Source: Vicugna vicugna (lineage: Eukaryota). From it: a DNA stretch of 64,000 bases. The notes beneath the pieces are model-generated. The model had not been told where the DNA came from, ran no database searches, and saw only the letters and a program-made list of their open reading frames with translations. Location: the NCBI GenBank assembly GCA_013265495.1, contig MU058065.1, positions 3,699,003 through 3,763,002 on the forward strand, read 5' to 3'. Below are positions 26,688 to 39,440 of this stretch, in pieces. Each line of letters begins with the position of its first letter. Position 1 is the first letter of the stretch. Both the position numbers and the translations under genes were made by a program.

Positions 26688-27295
26688 TTGAAAATTCTGG
26701 GGCAAATGTATTATCAATGTCTTCTGGCCAAAGATTATCAGGGACACGTGTAATTCAACAAGTTGAACTGATTACTCATTGCAGTTACGGGGAACACACA
26801 AGATGAGGATCTGTGGGATGTCTTGGTGAGAAGGTATTCAAAATGGCTTATTACAGGATCTGGACTTTGGTTGGGTGACTTGGGGGGACAGTCTAGAGTG
26901 GCTTCTGTCAAAAAGCGGGCACAATTTTACCATGAGGCATCTCAATAAACATGTAAGTCTTATCTATAAGGAAGAGAGTCTCGAGCAAGGACAAACTGTA
27001 ACTGGTAAAGAAGTAGCAGTCAATCATATTAGCCAGGAGCAACTGGAATGTTTGGTATTTTGTGAATTGTTCAATGACTGTATTTCTGTTTGTTCTTGGA
27101 TAAAAGTAGGAAGTAGTCTTCTTTTGTCTCACTTCTTCATGGCCTCAGAGTGACCGTGTCTGAGGTCAGTGTTCTGTGAGATTGCGTATGTCCAACAGGA
27201 GACACCATGCCCAGCTGTGAGCATCACGCTAGCTCCTGAGGATACTCTAAATCCAGTTATAAGTGCAAGGCCAGTTCTCAGATGTCAGTATACTT
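26688..27295. mobile_element. Probable solitary LTR, family unassigned
   Basis: LTR-like composition and motifs (aataaacatgtaagtcttatct, ggtaaagaagtagcagtc); recalled resemblance only. Confidence 0.4.
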
Positions 27296-27959
27296 TGGCC
27301 CATCTATTCCTAGCAGGTTGGAAGGAGTAGGGTTTAATATGTATATTTTTGATAGTCAAAGTTTTTGAAACACAGAGAAACTCATGCTAATATTTTGCTG
27401 TCAGCTCTCACACTTCACTCTGTTGCCAGGAAACACATCCTACAACACTTCATTAACCCCACTCAGATGTTGCTATTTACATTTCACACACACAAAAAGA
27501 AGCGATGGCAAAGAGCGAGTTATCACAGATCATGCTAAAGGTGAATCAGGAAGGACTAGAAACAACACATGCCAAGTTCCTCTAATCACACACTAGTGGT
27601 TGGTCACCGAAGTCATGGGAAGGCTGCCTGTTGCTAATAACGCATCCAAACTAGATTTCTAGGGGAGCATGGTGAGTGCTACTGGTGATAACGATGATGA
27701 TGGACTTCAGGTTAGGAATGTATCATAGCATAGTTGACTTTTCTTTAACATTAGTAGATTTATTCTTCACATGATGACTCATGATATCACTATCTACAAA
27801 CATTTTCTTAAGCCAAGTTATAGTTGTGGCCAGTGTTCTCTCTCTGGACAATAAGTCCCTTGAGCTTACCGCCTATTCTGTCAAGAAGAACATCCTCGTT
27901 CAATTTATTTACACTTCTGTTTTCTGCGCTAGATTATGTGTGACTTGAAGGCAAAGTCA

Positions 27960-28285
27960 ATATCCTCACATTATGCTGAGCAATAGAAGCTGGACGTGAA
28001 AGATGACACACTGTATGATTCCATTTACATGAAACTCTAAAAGACACATCTCATGTACAGCGACAGGAGGATGATCAGTGGTTGCCTGGGTTTGGGAATG
28101 AGAGTCTGATTAATGGGAAGAGGCACTTTAAAAGAAGTCTTTGAGATGATGAAAATGGTCTACATCTTGATTGTGGTGGTACTCATGCAGATGTTCACAT
28201 GTCAAAACTCATTGAACTGTACACTCAAAATTGATGAATTTTATTGTATGTAAGTCACAGTTCAATACAGTTGATTTTTTTAAAG
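27960..28285 (+). mobile_element. Old L1 3' end (L1MC/ME-like)
   Basis: actgtatgattccatttacatgaaa...cagtggttgcctggg...gtcaaaactcattgaactgtacact. Confidence 0.8.
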
Positions 28286-28294
28286 GTTTGTCTT

Positions 28295-29590
28295 GACTCT
28301 ATATTCCTTTTCAGCTATTATTCCTTTCTTTGGTCACCATTCAGAGCAAAACTTCTCAAAAGAACTGTCTATACTCTTTTTATTTCCTCTCTTCTTATTC
28401 TCTTTGGAAGGAAAGACTCTTGCCAAGGTCATCAGTGATATCAGCATTGCAATCCCAGTGATCAATTCTATCCTCAGCTCATGACAACTCAGCAGAGCTT
28501 GACAGAGCTGCTCAACCTCTCCTCCTGGACACGCTTTCATCAACTCTGTCTCCAGTGCAGACCTGTCCCCTGCACTCCAGATTCATGTAACTGACTACTT
28601 ACTCACTGTGTCCACTTGGATGTCTGACTCCCATGCATCATGTCCCAGTCTGAACTCCTGATTTCCAGCGTCTCTTCCCACACTCCTGCCTGGCAAACCT
28701 GCTTCCCACACTGTCTGCCTCACCTCAGTAAAGGGCAACTCTGTCCTTCTATTTCCTTGAGCCATAATCTTAGAATCATCCTTGGTTTCTTTTATGTCCT
28801 ACATTCATTCCAATGAGATTTTGTTGACTCAATCTCAAAAACGTATCTAGAATTCAACAACATTTACCAGTCTTATTTCAATCCAACCCATAGTTGTCTG
28901 AGTATTGCAATGGCTGCCACTCGATGCCCTCTGATGAGTAAGCAGTTGCATTTGTGTTCTCCTATAGTCTAATCCCCACACAGAAGGTAGCATAATCCTT
29001 TAAAAAAGCAAGTTAGATCATGCTACTCTGCTGAAAAAAAGGCTCTAAACTCTGATGCTCTAAGTCTAGTGCTTTAAGCCCATGACCTTATAATGACCTA
29101 AAAGACCATACAAGATCTGGCCTCCTGTTGCCTCCCCTTTGTTCACTCTATCCAGCTATACTGACCACCTTGCCATTCCTGGAATGCATCAAGTGTCCCT
29201 GTACCCCAGGGCCTTTGCATTTCCTTTTTCCTCTGGAATGCTGTCCCCCAGACATCCATATGGCCCACTCCCTCACTCCTTCAGAACTTTGCTCAAATGT
29301 CACCTTTCTGGGAAAAATCTTGGACAGCCCTATTTAAAATTTCAACCCCTTTTGTGCCCTTCTACACTAGAATTTTCTATTTTCTTTCCTGTTTTATTTT
29401 TCATAGAATTTACCACTATCTGACATACTATATATTTTATTTGTATACTTATTCATTGTACACTTTCTTCCACTTGAATGTTGGTTCTGTGAGGCAGGAA
29501 TTATTTTTGCCCATTTCTTTGCAGATTTACATGCAGAACCTACACTCTGACACAAAGGAGACTCAACAAATACTTGTTAATTAATAGAAG
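28295..29590 (+). mobile_element. L2a-like LINE 3' portion
   Basis: tgccaaggtcatcagtga, ccagggcctttgca, ctcaaatgtcacctt, terminal actcaacaaatacttgttaa. Confidence 0.8.
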
Positions 29591-30919
29591 GAAGTGAACT
29601 TGAGGCATGGAGAGACTAAGTAAATTGATAAACATTGTCTAAGACATAGAATTGCTTTCAAGAAAGAAAAAATATCCTGGATTTGAACCTAATCCTTACT
29701 CTATAGACTTACACTAAAATTCACTTCTTGTAAACTCACCCATGTATATAATAAACTTCCCCACATTGGCAAGTTGGCTGTAGAAGTTAGTCACCATTTC
29801 TAAGTTGACTGCCTTTAGCAAAGTGTTCAGAAAATTTCTTGAGTGTGGGCACTGACCACTCAATGAATTCTCCGCTGTCGAAGAGTTTGTCACCACTGAT
29901 GCAGCGAAACAGCCATTCTCCAACAGCCTCTGAAATAATTATATTTTTAGATGTTTTTGTATTATTTCTACATAAAAGAGCTGAAAATTTGCTCAGTGGT
30001 GGAAAGATTAATATGAAATTTCCTCCCAATTCCTGCAAACAGGAATACTTGGTGACAAAGTCAGAGATTCTCAGCCTTGGGTCGCCTTGGGCACAGGTGG
30101 CTCCTGATTGGGACGTTGTGCATCTGGAACGAACTCTAGTGGGTGTGTTCCTAAAGTAAACTTGTAAGTAAAAGAAACTTTCCAGATCCACAAGACCCTA
30201 AAAGAGAAACAGTGAGCCAGTACTTACAATGTGGTTTTAAAGCAGGTGGTTTAAGCCTGTACACAAATAGAGCAATAATTTTGACATATTCTTGTGATTA
30301 AAGATGATAGTGTTTTAGTGACTGTAAGCTTACTCAGGTGTGCTGTTTGTTCAATGTATTGTAACACATGTTCTCCAGAACATGCAGGTTGGCTGGGTAA
30401 TTACCTCTTTGAAAACCCGATTACTTATTGTTTGAATGTCAGCTTCTGAGAGTGTGCCAAATAGCTCTCAGACAGCTGGGAATTACCCAACAATACTTGC
30501 CTAATGAAGATGCCTGGATTTTCCATGTCACGTGCGCTGCTAGGGAGGGCAAACTTGTTCAGGGAAGTGAACTTCATTTCACACTGCAGCAGGTCTCCAT
30601 GGATCCACCTCCATCCCGCCTGGGAATACAGAAAGACTATCATTTTCTCTGATGGCCTGGTTCTCTGAGACAGCTCCCGTGCCTTCAACCAAGAAGAACA
30701 AATAATCTGACATTTGCCCCCTGACCATCTGACAATCTCCTTTGCTTGGGAAAGTGTGCAGTCCTGGTGACACCACAACATCAGAAAACTAGATATTCCA
30801 GAAATTAGATCTGTTCTGAAAGCTTGAATAGAAAACATTTATATATAAATATACATATATATGCATGATGTAAACACAAGTCTTAGAGGTGTTTGTCTGC
30901 TTTCTGCGGTGAAGGCTAT

Positions 30920-32270
30920 TCAAAGTCAGGAGTTAGTCTGCTGGACTGAAATCTGCTTGCTCTTCTACTTGACACTTAATCTCTCTAAACTCATTTTCTT
31001 CTTCCTAAAATGGGGATAAAAAAGTCATTTCTCATAGATTTCTTTTCCAAAGTTAAATGATGAAAAATACACATAGACATGTTTGACAAAGAACCACACA
31101 TTAGTTATGAACACCAGCTAACATGTGCTGGGAGTTTATTATCAACCAAGTTCAAACAGAAATTCAGCTGTAGATAAGCTGGGACTTCAGATGATCAGAC
31201 TATTTTTCTGATCCCTTAATATTATATGCATTGTCCTCGTTTGCAGTCCCTGAGTAGTGCTGAGCAAAATGTCTGGTCCACAAACAGAGATTAGTAAAAA
31301 TTAGCCATATTACTATTATTGTTGTTGTCGTATGCTCTGAGGTTTAGGAGGCAAAGATCACACAATTGATAAACAATTTTCTAAGTCTTTACTAAATACT
31401 GGGGTAGAAGTAAGGAAAGTGGAAGGCATTAAAACATGGCAACTGCAATTTAGTTGGTGAGGCTGACTTACACATATTTATACATATTTGGGCTACTAGG
31501 CCTGATTTTTAAGGAAGAACATGAGGTTTGGAGCTAGAAGACTTCGAGTTCCAGTTTGCACGTACCAAGTGGTTCCTCGAACAATCCAGTTAACTCTGAC
31601 TCTTAGACTTTTTAACCTGTGAAATCACTGCAACAAAAACCAGGTTGGAGTCAGAATAAAATGAGATAGTGCATGTAAAACTCTTTACTAAAGCGCATAT
31701 ACACATTAGCTATTGTTATCAAGAGTTAAAAATTGAAATCTATATAACAAGTATCTACTTAGGCATACAGTAAAAAAAAATGTTCAGAGAAAGATCACTG
31801 TGGCTGGAATAATCTTAGGAAATTTCATGGAGAAAATCCACCAAAAGCTAAGCATGAAAGGAAGGATATAGTTTAGAGAAAAACGGATAGAGGGAATACA
31901 TTTTCCAGTGGGGAAAGCAGCACGAGCAAAGGCAGGGAATTAGAAATGCAGGGTGCATGGCTAGCAACTGTGAGTCGACGGTCCATCGGGGATGTAGAAT
32001 TCAGGTAGGGACGTAGCGGCAGTCAGGTAACATGGATGCTCCAGGCTGTGTGGTCAGGAGTGATATGAGAAGAAGTCAGATAGCCCAGAGCTTGATTCTT
32101 GGCTCTGCTACTTGCAAACTGTGTAATCTTTGATAAGTCAAGTTTTCCTCATGGAAATGGTACCTAACTCTCAGGATTTTTGTAAATATTAAATGGATCA
32201 ATACATATAAAGCATGTAAGTACTGTGCCTTGTACTTACTGATTAGAAAATGCTAGGTATTACCTGGTGG
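30920..32270. mobile_element. Cluster of MIR and L2 fragments
   Basis: Several MIR cores (ctctctaaactcattttcttcttcctaaaatggggataa; ggctctgctacttgcaaactgtgtaatc) and L2-antisense purine tracts. Confidence 0.55.
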
Positions 32271-32713
32271 TATTAAAGCATTCTAAAGGGTGAGAATGCT
32301 TTATTAGTTACTGTCAGATAACCAAAAGCAGGACATATTCAATTACCTACGGCAAAAATCAAACATGGATGGAGAACACCCACAACTCCATCAGCCAAAC
32401 AAATCAACCACTTTATTTTTTCAGATTTTCTTTTGATCACATATATGTCAATATGTCTTTCATTGCTTTAACAAAAGTATAGATTAAAATTTGATAGTAA
32501 ATGCTGTGTATATATTTTTTCAATTATACATTTAAATGCTATGTATACTTTTCTTCCTAATCTTGAGTCTATTGGAATTTTGGTAACCCAAACCCTTGAA
32601 GATGACTTTGAAGCTTCAGATCATTTCTGTCATTTTCAAGGGAGGTTTTATGAATTATGTTTATTTTTTGCAGCTATTTATCTGCATTCCCTCATGTGAA
32701 TTTCTTGGAACTA

Positions 32714-32937
32714 CAGTTGACCCTTGAGTAACACAGGTTTGAACTGTGTGGATCCACTTATGTGTGGATTTTTTTCAATAGATACGGTACGACACAGTGC
32801 GTGGTTGGTTGAATTTGCAGATTTGGAATCAGGGATATGGAGGCTGACTGTTGGACTTGAGCATGGGTGAATTTTGATATCTGGCCAGGTCCCAAAGGGT
32901 CAGTGCCTTAATTCTTGAGTTGTTCAAGGGTAAAATG
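32714..32937. mobile_element. Tigger3/MER8-like TcMar MITE
   Basis: TA|cagttgacccttgagtaacacaggtttgaactg ... tgttcaagggtaaaatg (degenerate TIRs). Confidence 0.8.
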
Positions 32938-32963
32938 TGTTGCAGAATGGGAAAAGACCTGGA

Positions 32964-33190
32964 ATAGTGATTCTATACCTTGGTAATTTTGTTCCACCCA
33001 CAACATTTGGCAATGTCTGGAGACATTTTTGGTGTCAAAACTTGAGGGGAGGAGATGGTGATACTGGCATTTAGTGAGTAGAGGTCAGAGACGCTGCTAA
33101 ACATCCTATAATGTACAGGAATATTTCACCATCCCCAACAGAGAATTATCTAGTACAGAATGTCAATAGTGTTGGGATTGAGAAGCCCTG
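32964..33190. mobile_element. MER20 hAT MITE
   Basis: catttggcaatgtctggagacatttttgg...gctgctaaacatcctataatg...aatgtcaatagtg...gagaagccctg. Confidence 0.88.
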
Positions 33191-33598
33191 ACCTAGATAA
33201 TTCTTTCATCCTCTCTTTCTTGAGTTCATATGACATGGCCAAACCTATTTGAAATAGGTAACTAAGCCTTAGATAATGTAACTTGGTAATTTTTTTCTCT
33301 ACTCCTTCATGACTATGTCAATCACTCTAAACCTGTTCTCCTTGGCCTCAGTAAAACGGGAATGACCAGAAAACCCTGCTTCACAATCAATAGACATGGC
33401 CTCCATGTTTGTGTTCAACTGGGTGCAACCAAGTGAATCATCACTATTCAATTTTAACAAGTTTCAGATTGAAACAGTACATTGGAACCTCTTTGGATAC
33501 CCTCAGACACCTCCTAACAGAGGCCTGCTTCCTACTGGGTGTGAGATGCTGTTTCAGGAGCTCATCTCACTCCTAGCATTTCTGGTTCCTTTTCTGAT

Positions 33599-33802
33599 GC
33601 TACATCTCATCAAATTTAATAAGCCATCAATTCTAAGAGGCACCATTATTTCTTTCTCAGCGGTGTGTACTCCGCAGAGGAAGAGTAAAAATAAAGTTGC
33701 CAGTTTCAATTGAAGGATGCCATTTATGGTCAGACATATGTCAAATTCAGACAGGTTAAAATGTGAAAAAAAATTGTGCATCTGAAAGTTGCGGAAGTAT
33801 GG
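33599..33802. mobile_element. MER104/Kanga-like TcMar-Tc2 MITE
   Basis: ccatcaattctaagaggcaccattat ... gttaaaatgtgaaaaaaaattgtgcatct...gaagtatgg. Confidence 0.6.
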
Positions 33803-35775
33803 TCACTATTGCCCATATTACTGAATCACATTAAACTTACTTTGATTTTAGAAGATCATATCTTTTAAATATTTAAATTTTAGTTTTGAGTAGCTTCAGT
33901 ATTTCAAAACTGTGTGCTCTAAAATGTGACCATTGTGAAAGTGAGAACATAAAAATAATTGTGTTCAACAATAATAGGTTGCCATTCTGGGTGGAGGGGC
34001 AGATATCCAGCAATTCTTATACCCTGAGGAATATAATGGAAAAAGTATTTCAAAATTCCTGGAAAAATTACATAACATTGCAATGTGTGTAAGGTGTTAC
34101 ATAATTTTTATGTCCATTAGTATACATTCTTCTATTAGATTTTAGATTATGGCTTCTCCCTCACTCATTTTGACTTTCAGAATTCTATTCAGTTATTTGG
34201 TTACAATTTCTCAATCTTCCATAACAATATTGACCTAGTCCTAAAAGTTCCTTAACCTAAATAGCCCTAAATTAGAAACCAGACTAATCTTGGCTGCACT
34301 GAGAAGCAGAGCTGATTGAGTCCTTTTGGTTTCATCTCATTTGCTTGTTCTTTGTAACTAAGGGAAAAGCACAGAGAAGCAGAAATGTCAGGGTGTAAAG
34401 AGCTGATCATTGGAAATCAAGGCCCAAGTCCAGTGATGGGTAGCCTTAGCTTGCCGTAGAAAGGAAAGCTTGTGCTGTCAGGACTCAGCCCTAGGTTAAA
34501 TCTCGAGTTCTGAAAATGATGATCATTATCAAACAGCAGAGTTTCTTAACAGGTTGTTTAAGAGGCTTAGCAGAATCTGCTGCCCATCAGCCTGGCATCA
34601 CTGGCGGTTCACGCTTAGTAATAGTTCGGTTTGGACGATCTACTTTCTGAGTAACGAGGGGAATACCATTTTTTCAAAAGCTGCTATTTGAATGGAGACA
34701 TGCAAAACACATTTCTGTGGAGCCATTTGCTGTGTTCAAGATTGCTGTCTTCAAGTCTTCTCCTTCAAGTGAACAAAAATATTTTTATAATAAATTAAAA
34801 TAAAATAGTAAAGCAATAGTGTAGTTTATACTCAGACCGGCTGACTACACCTTCCACTTCCTGTAGAACTCTACAATCTTTTCCTGAGAAAGTAATCCAG
34901 GGTGTTTTCCTCTTTGCACAAAGAAATGTGAAACGACAGAAAATGAACCATTTCCATACATTTACATCTAACGGGGAAAAAAGATGACATTTTTGGAACA
35001 TCATGCAAACAAGTATTTGTAGCTATTCAGCTTGAAATATGGAACCAGAAGATAAAAACAATTTATGTGAAAAAGAACCAAGTCATGGCAAAGCATTTTA
35101 ATGGAGTGACTGAAAAATAAACTTGTATGAAGTAATTACTGGCTTAGCCAGGGATATAGAATACTGAGACTGGTGAATTTGTAAATCCAAACGAGAACTT
35201 TGAAAGTTCCCTTTAAGCTGTAAGAACAGCTTCTTTTTGACAAGGATGGAATGAAGCACAAAGTCCCGTGGTCAGCCCTCTTGTGGCAAATACAGATAAT
35301 GACAGAGTAATCATCTAAAAAAGTTCTATGTAAGACATTTTCCAAAGAGACAGAGTTACTTTTCTCTTACACAAAGTTTCAGAGTATGTTTACTTTAAAA
35401 AGATCAGCAGAGGTGTTTGCAACCACAAAACGAAGTGTAAGTGTCTGGACTTTGGCATAATAAAACTTGTTGGGAAAAAAACCCCCTTTTTGCCTCTCAA
35501 AAGCTGCTGCCAGATCTCTTGGGCGAGATCCCCAAACTTCAGAAACCTCTGTTTCCATAAACCTGACATGGGGATGGGATATTTGCTCGACAATCACAAC
35601 GAGAACGTTTGGGGGCTCAATGTATTGTTAACTGTAAATCACCACAAATGCAATGTATTATTCAGTGAGCAAAAGAACTGATTAGTTAAACACCCTTAAA
35701 CTAATCCAAGATACTGATTTGAAATGTAGAATGTTGATGACATTTCTCTTCCTCTACTCTTTTAATCTTTTAACC

Positions 35776-35867
35776 TTTTTTTTTTTTTAACATGGAGGTA
35801 CTAGGGATTAAATGCAGGACCTCGTGCATGTTAAGCATGTGCTCTACCACTGAGCTATACCCACCCC
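35776..35867 (-). mobile_element. tRNA-Ala-derived SINE (camelid Vic-1-like)
   Basis: Minus strand ggggtgggtatagctcagtggtagagcacatgcttaacatgcacgaggtcctgcatttaatccctagtacctcca plus A-tail; intact A box, degenerate B box. Confidence 0.85.
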
Positions 35868-35890
35868 ACCACTCTCTTTCTCTCTCTCTC

Positions 35891-35968
35891 TTTTTTTTTT
35901 AACTGAAGTACAGTCAATTACAATGTGTCATTTTCTGGTATAAAGCACAATGTCCAGTCATGCATATG
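35891..35968 (-). mobile_element. Very short L1 3' tail
   Basis: ttttttaactgaagtacagtcaattacaatgtgtcattttctggtataaagcacaatg is the reverse complement of the L1 end at 5930-5995. Confidence 0.75.
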
Positions 35969-36114
35969 CTTAATTTTTAAATTCTTGCAGTTCCCTTTTT
36001 GACTTTTTATTGGCTTACATGATATTTATCTTTCATACTGTTTAAAGTTTTGCAGTTCTCCACTGTGATCATATCATTTCTAGTCTCAGATTGTCGTTTA
36101 TAGATTCTCTGGTC

Positions 36115-37185
36115 TCTTTTAACTAAGTGCCCACCATGTGACAATTACTGTTCTATATCCTGAGGATACTGTGGTGAAAAGACAGTGCTCCGCCATTGAT
36201 CCTATGATAAATACACACATGTATACTGCTAGGTAGTGCTAAATGCTGCAAAGAAAGAGAAAGCAGTAGCTCAGAAATAATGGGAATGAGGTGGAGGAAA
36301 AATCACTTCAGGCTGAAGGAAGAGCAAATGTCAATGTTCTGAGGCAGAAAGAACAAGAAGACCAGTGTTAGTGGAGGGAGTATGGTGGAGACCGGGAAGG
36401 AGCTGAGGAGAGAGAGCATAATGCGGATCATGAATAACTTTGTTGGCCATGGGAAAACAAGTCAATGGTTTACTCTGTGATGGAAGCCACTGGAGAATTT
36501 AAGGTAGGATAATGATGTTTTCTGATGCATATCTGCAGAGATCACAGGGCTGCTACCTGAGGGCGGGACAAAGGTGAGACAAGGGTGAGGCAGTTTTTGT
36601 GGTGTTTCTTGAGAGATGATGTCTGTTTGGACTTTATGATGTTGGCAGAGATGATCCACAGAGGTTAGTTTCAAGGTATATGTTGAACAGATATGGGGAA
36701 AAGGTGGGGAAGACAGCCTTCAAGGGCTATGTTGAGATTTTGATCTGTGCATCTTGATGAGCTGCGGTGCAGTGCAGCTGACGGAGACTGAGGAAGAAGT
36801 AGATTTGTGGGGAACTCAATGGTTCTGTCACAGTCATATCAAGTTTGAGGTATTGAATAGGTAGATATTTGAATCTGGGGTTTAGGGAAGTGTGAGATAA
36901 AGGTATAAATGTGAGATTCTTTAGTTTATAGATTGTGTTTATCCAAAACACTGGAAAATGAGTCTTGATAAAAAACAAAAAACCTGAATATTAGGCCCTG
37001 GGACAGTTAAACACGTAAAACTTGGGGCGAGGAAGAATCAGCAAGGGAGGATACGAAGGAAGAGCTCAAGAGATAGAAGGAACCTCAGAAGAGAATAGTG
37101 ACCCGGAAGTATTTCACAGATAAACAAGTGTCAGACTTCCCAGAGAGGAATAAAATGAGGGTGGGAGTGAACCATTGGATGGGGA
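36115..37185 (-). mobile_element. L2 LINE
   Basis: gtgcccaccatgtg..., gatggaagccactggagaatttaag, gtcatatcaagtttgagg. Confidence 0.75.
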
Positions 37186-37189
37186 AGAG

Positions 37190-37575
37190 GAGGGCACTGG
37201 CGATGCCCACACCAGCCTTGGCCCCCTTCGCCCACGTTCCCTGGTGCTGGTCCACTTCGTGCACCTGTCTTCTGCCCTGGTGCCTACAACTTGCTCTGCA
37301 CTTACACAGGCACAGCCAGCAAGGGCAGGGGATTTGCTGTACACAGAACTATCCTTGGCAAATGCGGAATAGGAACCTATGGACTAAGGCCTCCTACTCT
37401 TATCCCCCTGATGAGCAGTTCTGAGATGCATCTCATAAGCATCCTCAGAAGGTCTCAAAGGGGCTGAGCACCAGTCATCCAAAATGGTGGCCAACTTAAT
37501 ATTATAAGCTTGAATTCCTTTCCCTCTTTGCCTGTTCACTTCCTCTGTCCTTTATTCCTGTTCGCAGGGATCACA
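37190..37575 (+). mobile_element. LTR16-like LTR (ERVL class)
   Basis: cagaaggtctcaaaggggctgagcaccagt...cctgttcacttcctctg...gggatcac resembles LTR16 R/U5. Confidence 0.6.
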
Positions 37576-37579
37576 GAAT

Positions 37580-39440
37580 GAATTTCCTCAAGCCAGGATT
37601 ATCTCCAAGCCAGAAGGAGACACTTACCCTAAGATATTCCCTTGTCATTTCCATTCCCTCAGGGCTGACCTGGGCCATGACCCAGCACAGTAAAACTGAG
37701 ACGTGGAACACCTGTTCTAGACAAAAAGCTTACAGGCTGAAGAAGTGGCAGCACCTGGCTACTATGTATTGAGAGGAATTAGGAGAACATATGCAGATAT
37801 CAGATTATCTGACAGGGTGCTGAGTGATGGAAAGGGGGTTGGAGGGGAATATAAAACTGTATAGGGAAGAATTTATTAATGTGAGAAGACTTTCTTTCGA
37901 CTTGGAGTTCAACATTCTGACAAAGATGCTGGATCTGGTCCCAGAACACTTCTGGGCTAGTTCCTGAAAGCCTGGTCAACATGATGGCCTTCTGTAAGTT
38001 AGGTAGAGCTGCTGGAACTACCATGGCATGATATTGAGGAAGGGGTCAGACAAGAAGGAATGTTGGGATGGTTTTTGTCATGTAAGATTGAGAACCAGGA
38101 GGACCCAGAGGACATTTCCTTTCTTCACAGAGAGTAAGGAAAGCACTAGTGAGGGGCACTGGTATCTTTGAGAAGCTCCAAGGATGGCTGTCCTCTGTAT
38201 GCCAGGGCTGAGAGTAGGAGAGGCTGCCCTGGGCCTGGGCTCCCCAGCATCATTAGAAATGATGGGATTCTGGTGTGGGAGAGGCCAGGGGCCAGAACTT
38301 AGACACTGGAGGAAAAGTGGGCATAAATTATAATGGGCAGTATGGCTGGAGGGCAGTCATAGTGGCTTGGCTTTCAGAGTCTTGTGGAGAAGGCTTCTGA
38401 TCATGGTTTCTGAAGGAGGCGATAGATGAATAGCTTATTGGGTTGTTAATTAATATAGTAAAAAAAATACTTGTGAGTTAGTAAGACTTGTAATAAGACT
38501 GTCAGCTACTGCAATAGAAAATTGCAGTTTCTTCACCCAGTCTCCAAACTAAAGTCAGTTCACAGTCAGGGAGCCCATTGATTGAAGGGAAGTTCAAGTT
38601 CTCTGGAAGAACCGCTATGGTCTGAATATTTGTGTCCCCCACAGATTCATGTTAAAATCCTAATGCCTGGTGTGGTGGTATCAGGAACTGGGGTTTTGGG
38701 GAGGTGTTTAGCAAATGAGAGTGGAGCCCTATGAATGGGACTAGTGCTCTTATAAAAGAGACCCCACAGAATGTCCTACCACATGAAGACACAGTGGGAA
38801 GCTGGAAGCCAGAAGAGGGCTTCACCAGAAGCTGACCAACTGACCCCTCATCTTGGACGTCCAGCTTCCAGAACTGAGAAATACTGTGGTTTATAGGCCA
38901 TCCAGTCTGTGGTATATTATTACAGCAGCCTGAATAGACTAAGACAAGAATGTTCCAGTTTAAATTATAAATGTTCTCCTGAACTTTCCCCAAAGAGGCT
39001 CGTGGCCATCTCCCAGGCAACAGGGTATTGGGGGAAGGGAGGGCCCAGACTTTCTGAGGACTGTGGGATCAGGGTGTCTGAGTGCTCAGTAATACCAGAG
39101 CCTAAACATCATGGTTCTGCTGTCAGAGCTGGGCTTTTGGAGACCAGGAGACACATGGAGTTCTGGTCTAAGCCTGTCCTCTAGTGGGGCCAACACATGT
39201 TCATTACTGGGGACATCTGTGCAGATGCTGAAGTCAGTAAATCTGATATCAGGGAGTAGTGACGGAGAGAAAGAGGCTGAACCCAATCAGAGAACAAGAG
39301 GTAGTTGTCAGGAGGGGGTGCGATTATTGCCGGAGGGAACGGTGGCAGTGGGACTGGTCTGATGTCATGGGCGTCAACAGCACTGGGAGTCTTGGGGGAA
39401 GAGAAATGGCCTAGAAGCACAAGACCCAGGGGCATTTACC
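37580..39440 (+). mobile_element. Decayed ERVL-class internal region (gag-pro; ERV3-16A3-like), interrupted by MLT1A0
   Basis: gag motifs GNIKLYREEFI and LPWHDIEEGVR; ORF 38909 GYWGKGG...SECSVIPEPKHHG resembles ERVL protease VHWGKGN..LDTGSELTLIPGDPKRHCG. Confidence 0.75.
38613..38946 (+). mobile_element. MLT1A0-like MaLR solo LTR with 5-bp TSD
   Basis: cgctatggtctgaatatttgtgtcccc...cagcctgaatagactaagaca; TSD agaac (38608-38612) / agaat (38947-38951). Confidence 0.88.

Noticed and set aside
29787..30838. Longer ORFs (134 aa, 106 aa, 137 aa)
   Set aside because: No recognisable homology or exon structure; overlapping antisense ORFs of this size are expected by chance
35790..35867. Functional tRNA-Ala gene
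   Set aside because: B box degenerate (gcatttaatccc), anticodon loop altered and A-tail present; it is a SINE
39170..39190. Third CTCF-like motif (CCACTAGAGGACA, minus strand)
   Set aside because: Mismatch in the GGC core and lies within decayed ERV protease sequence
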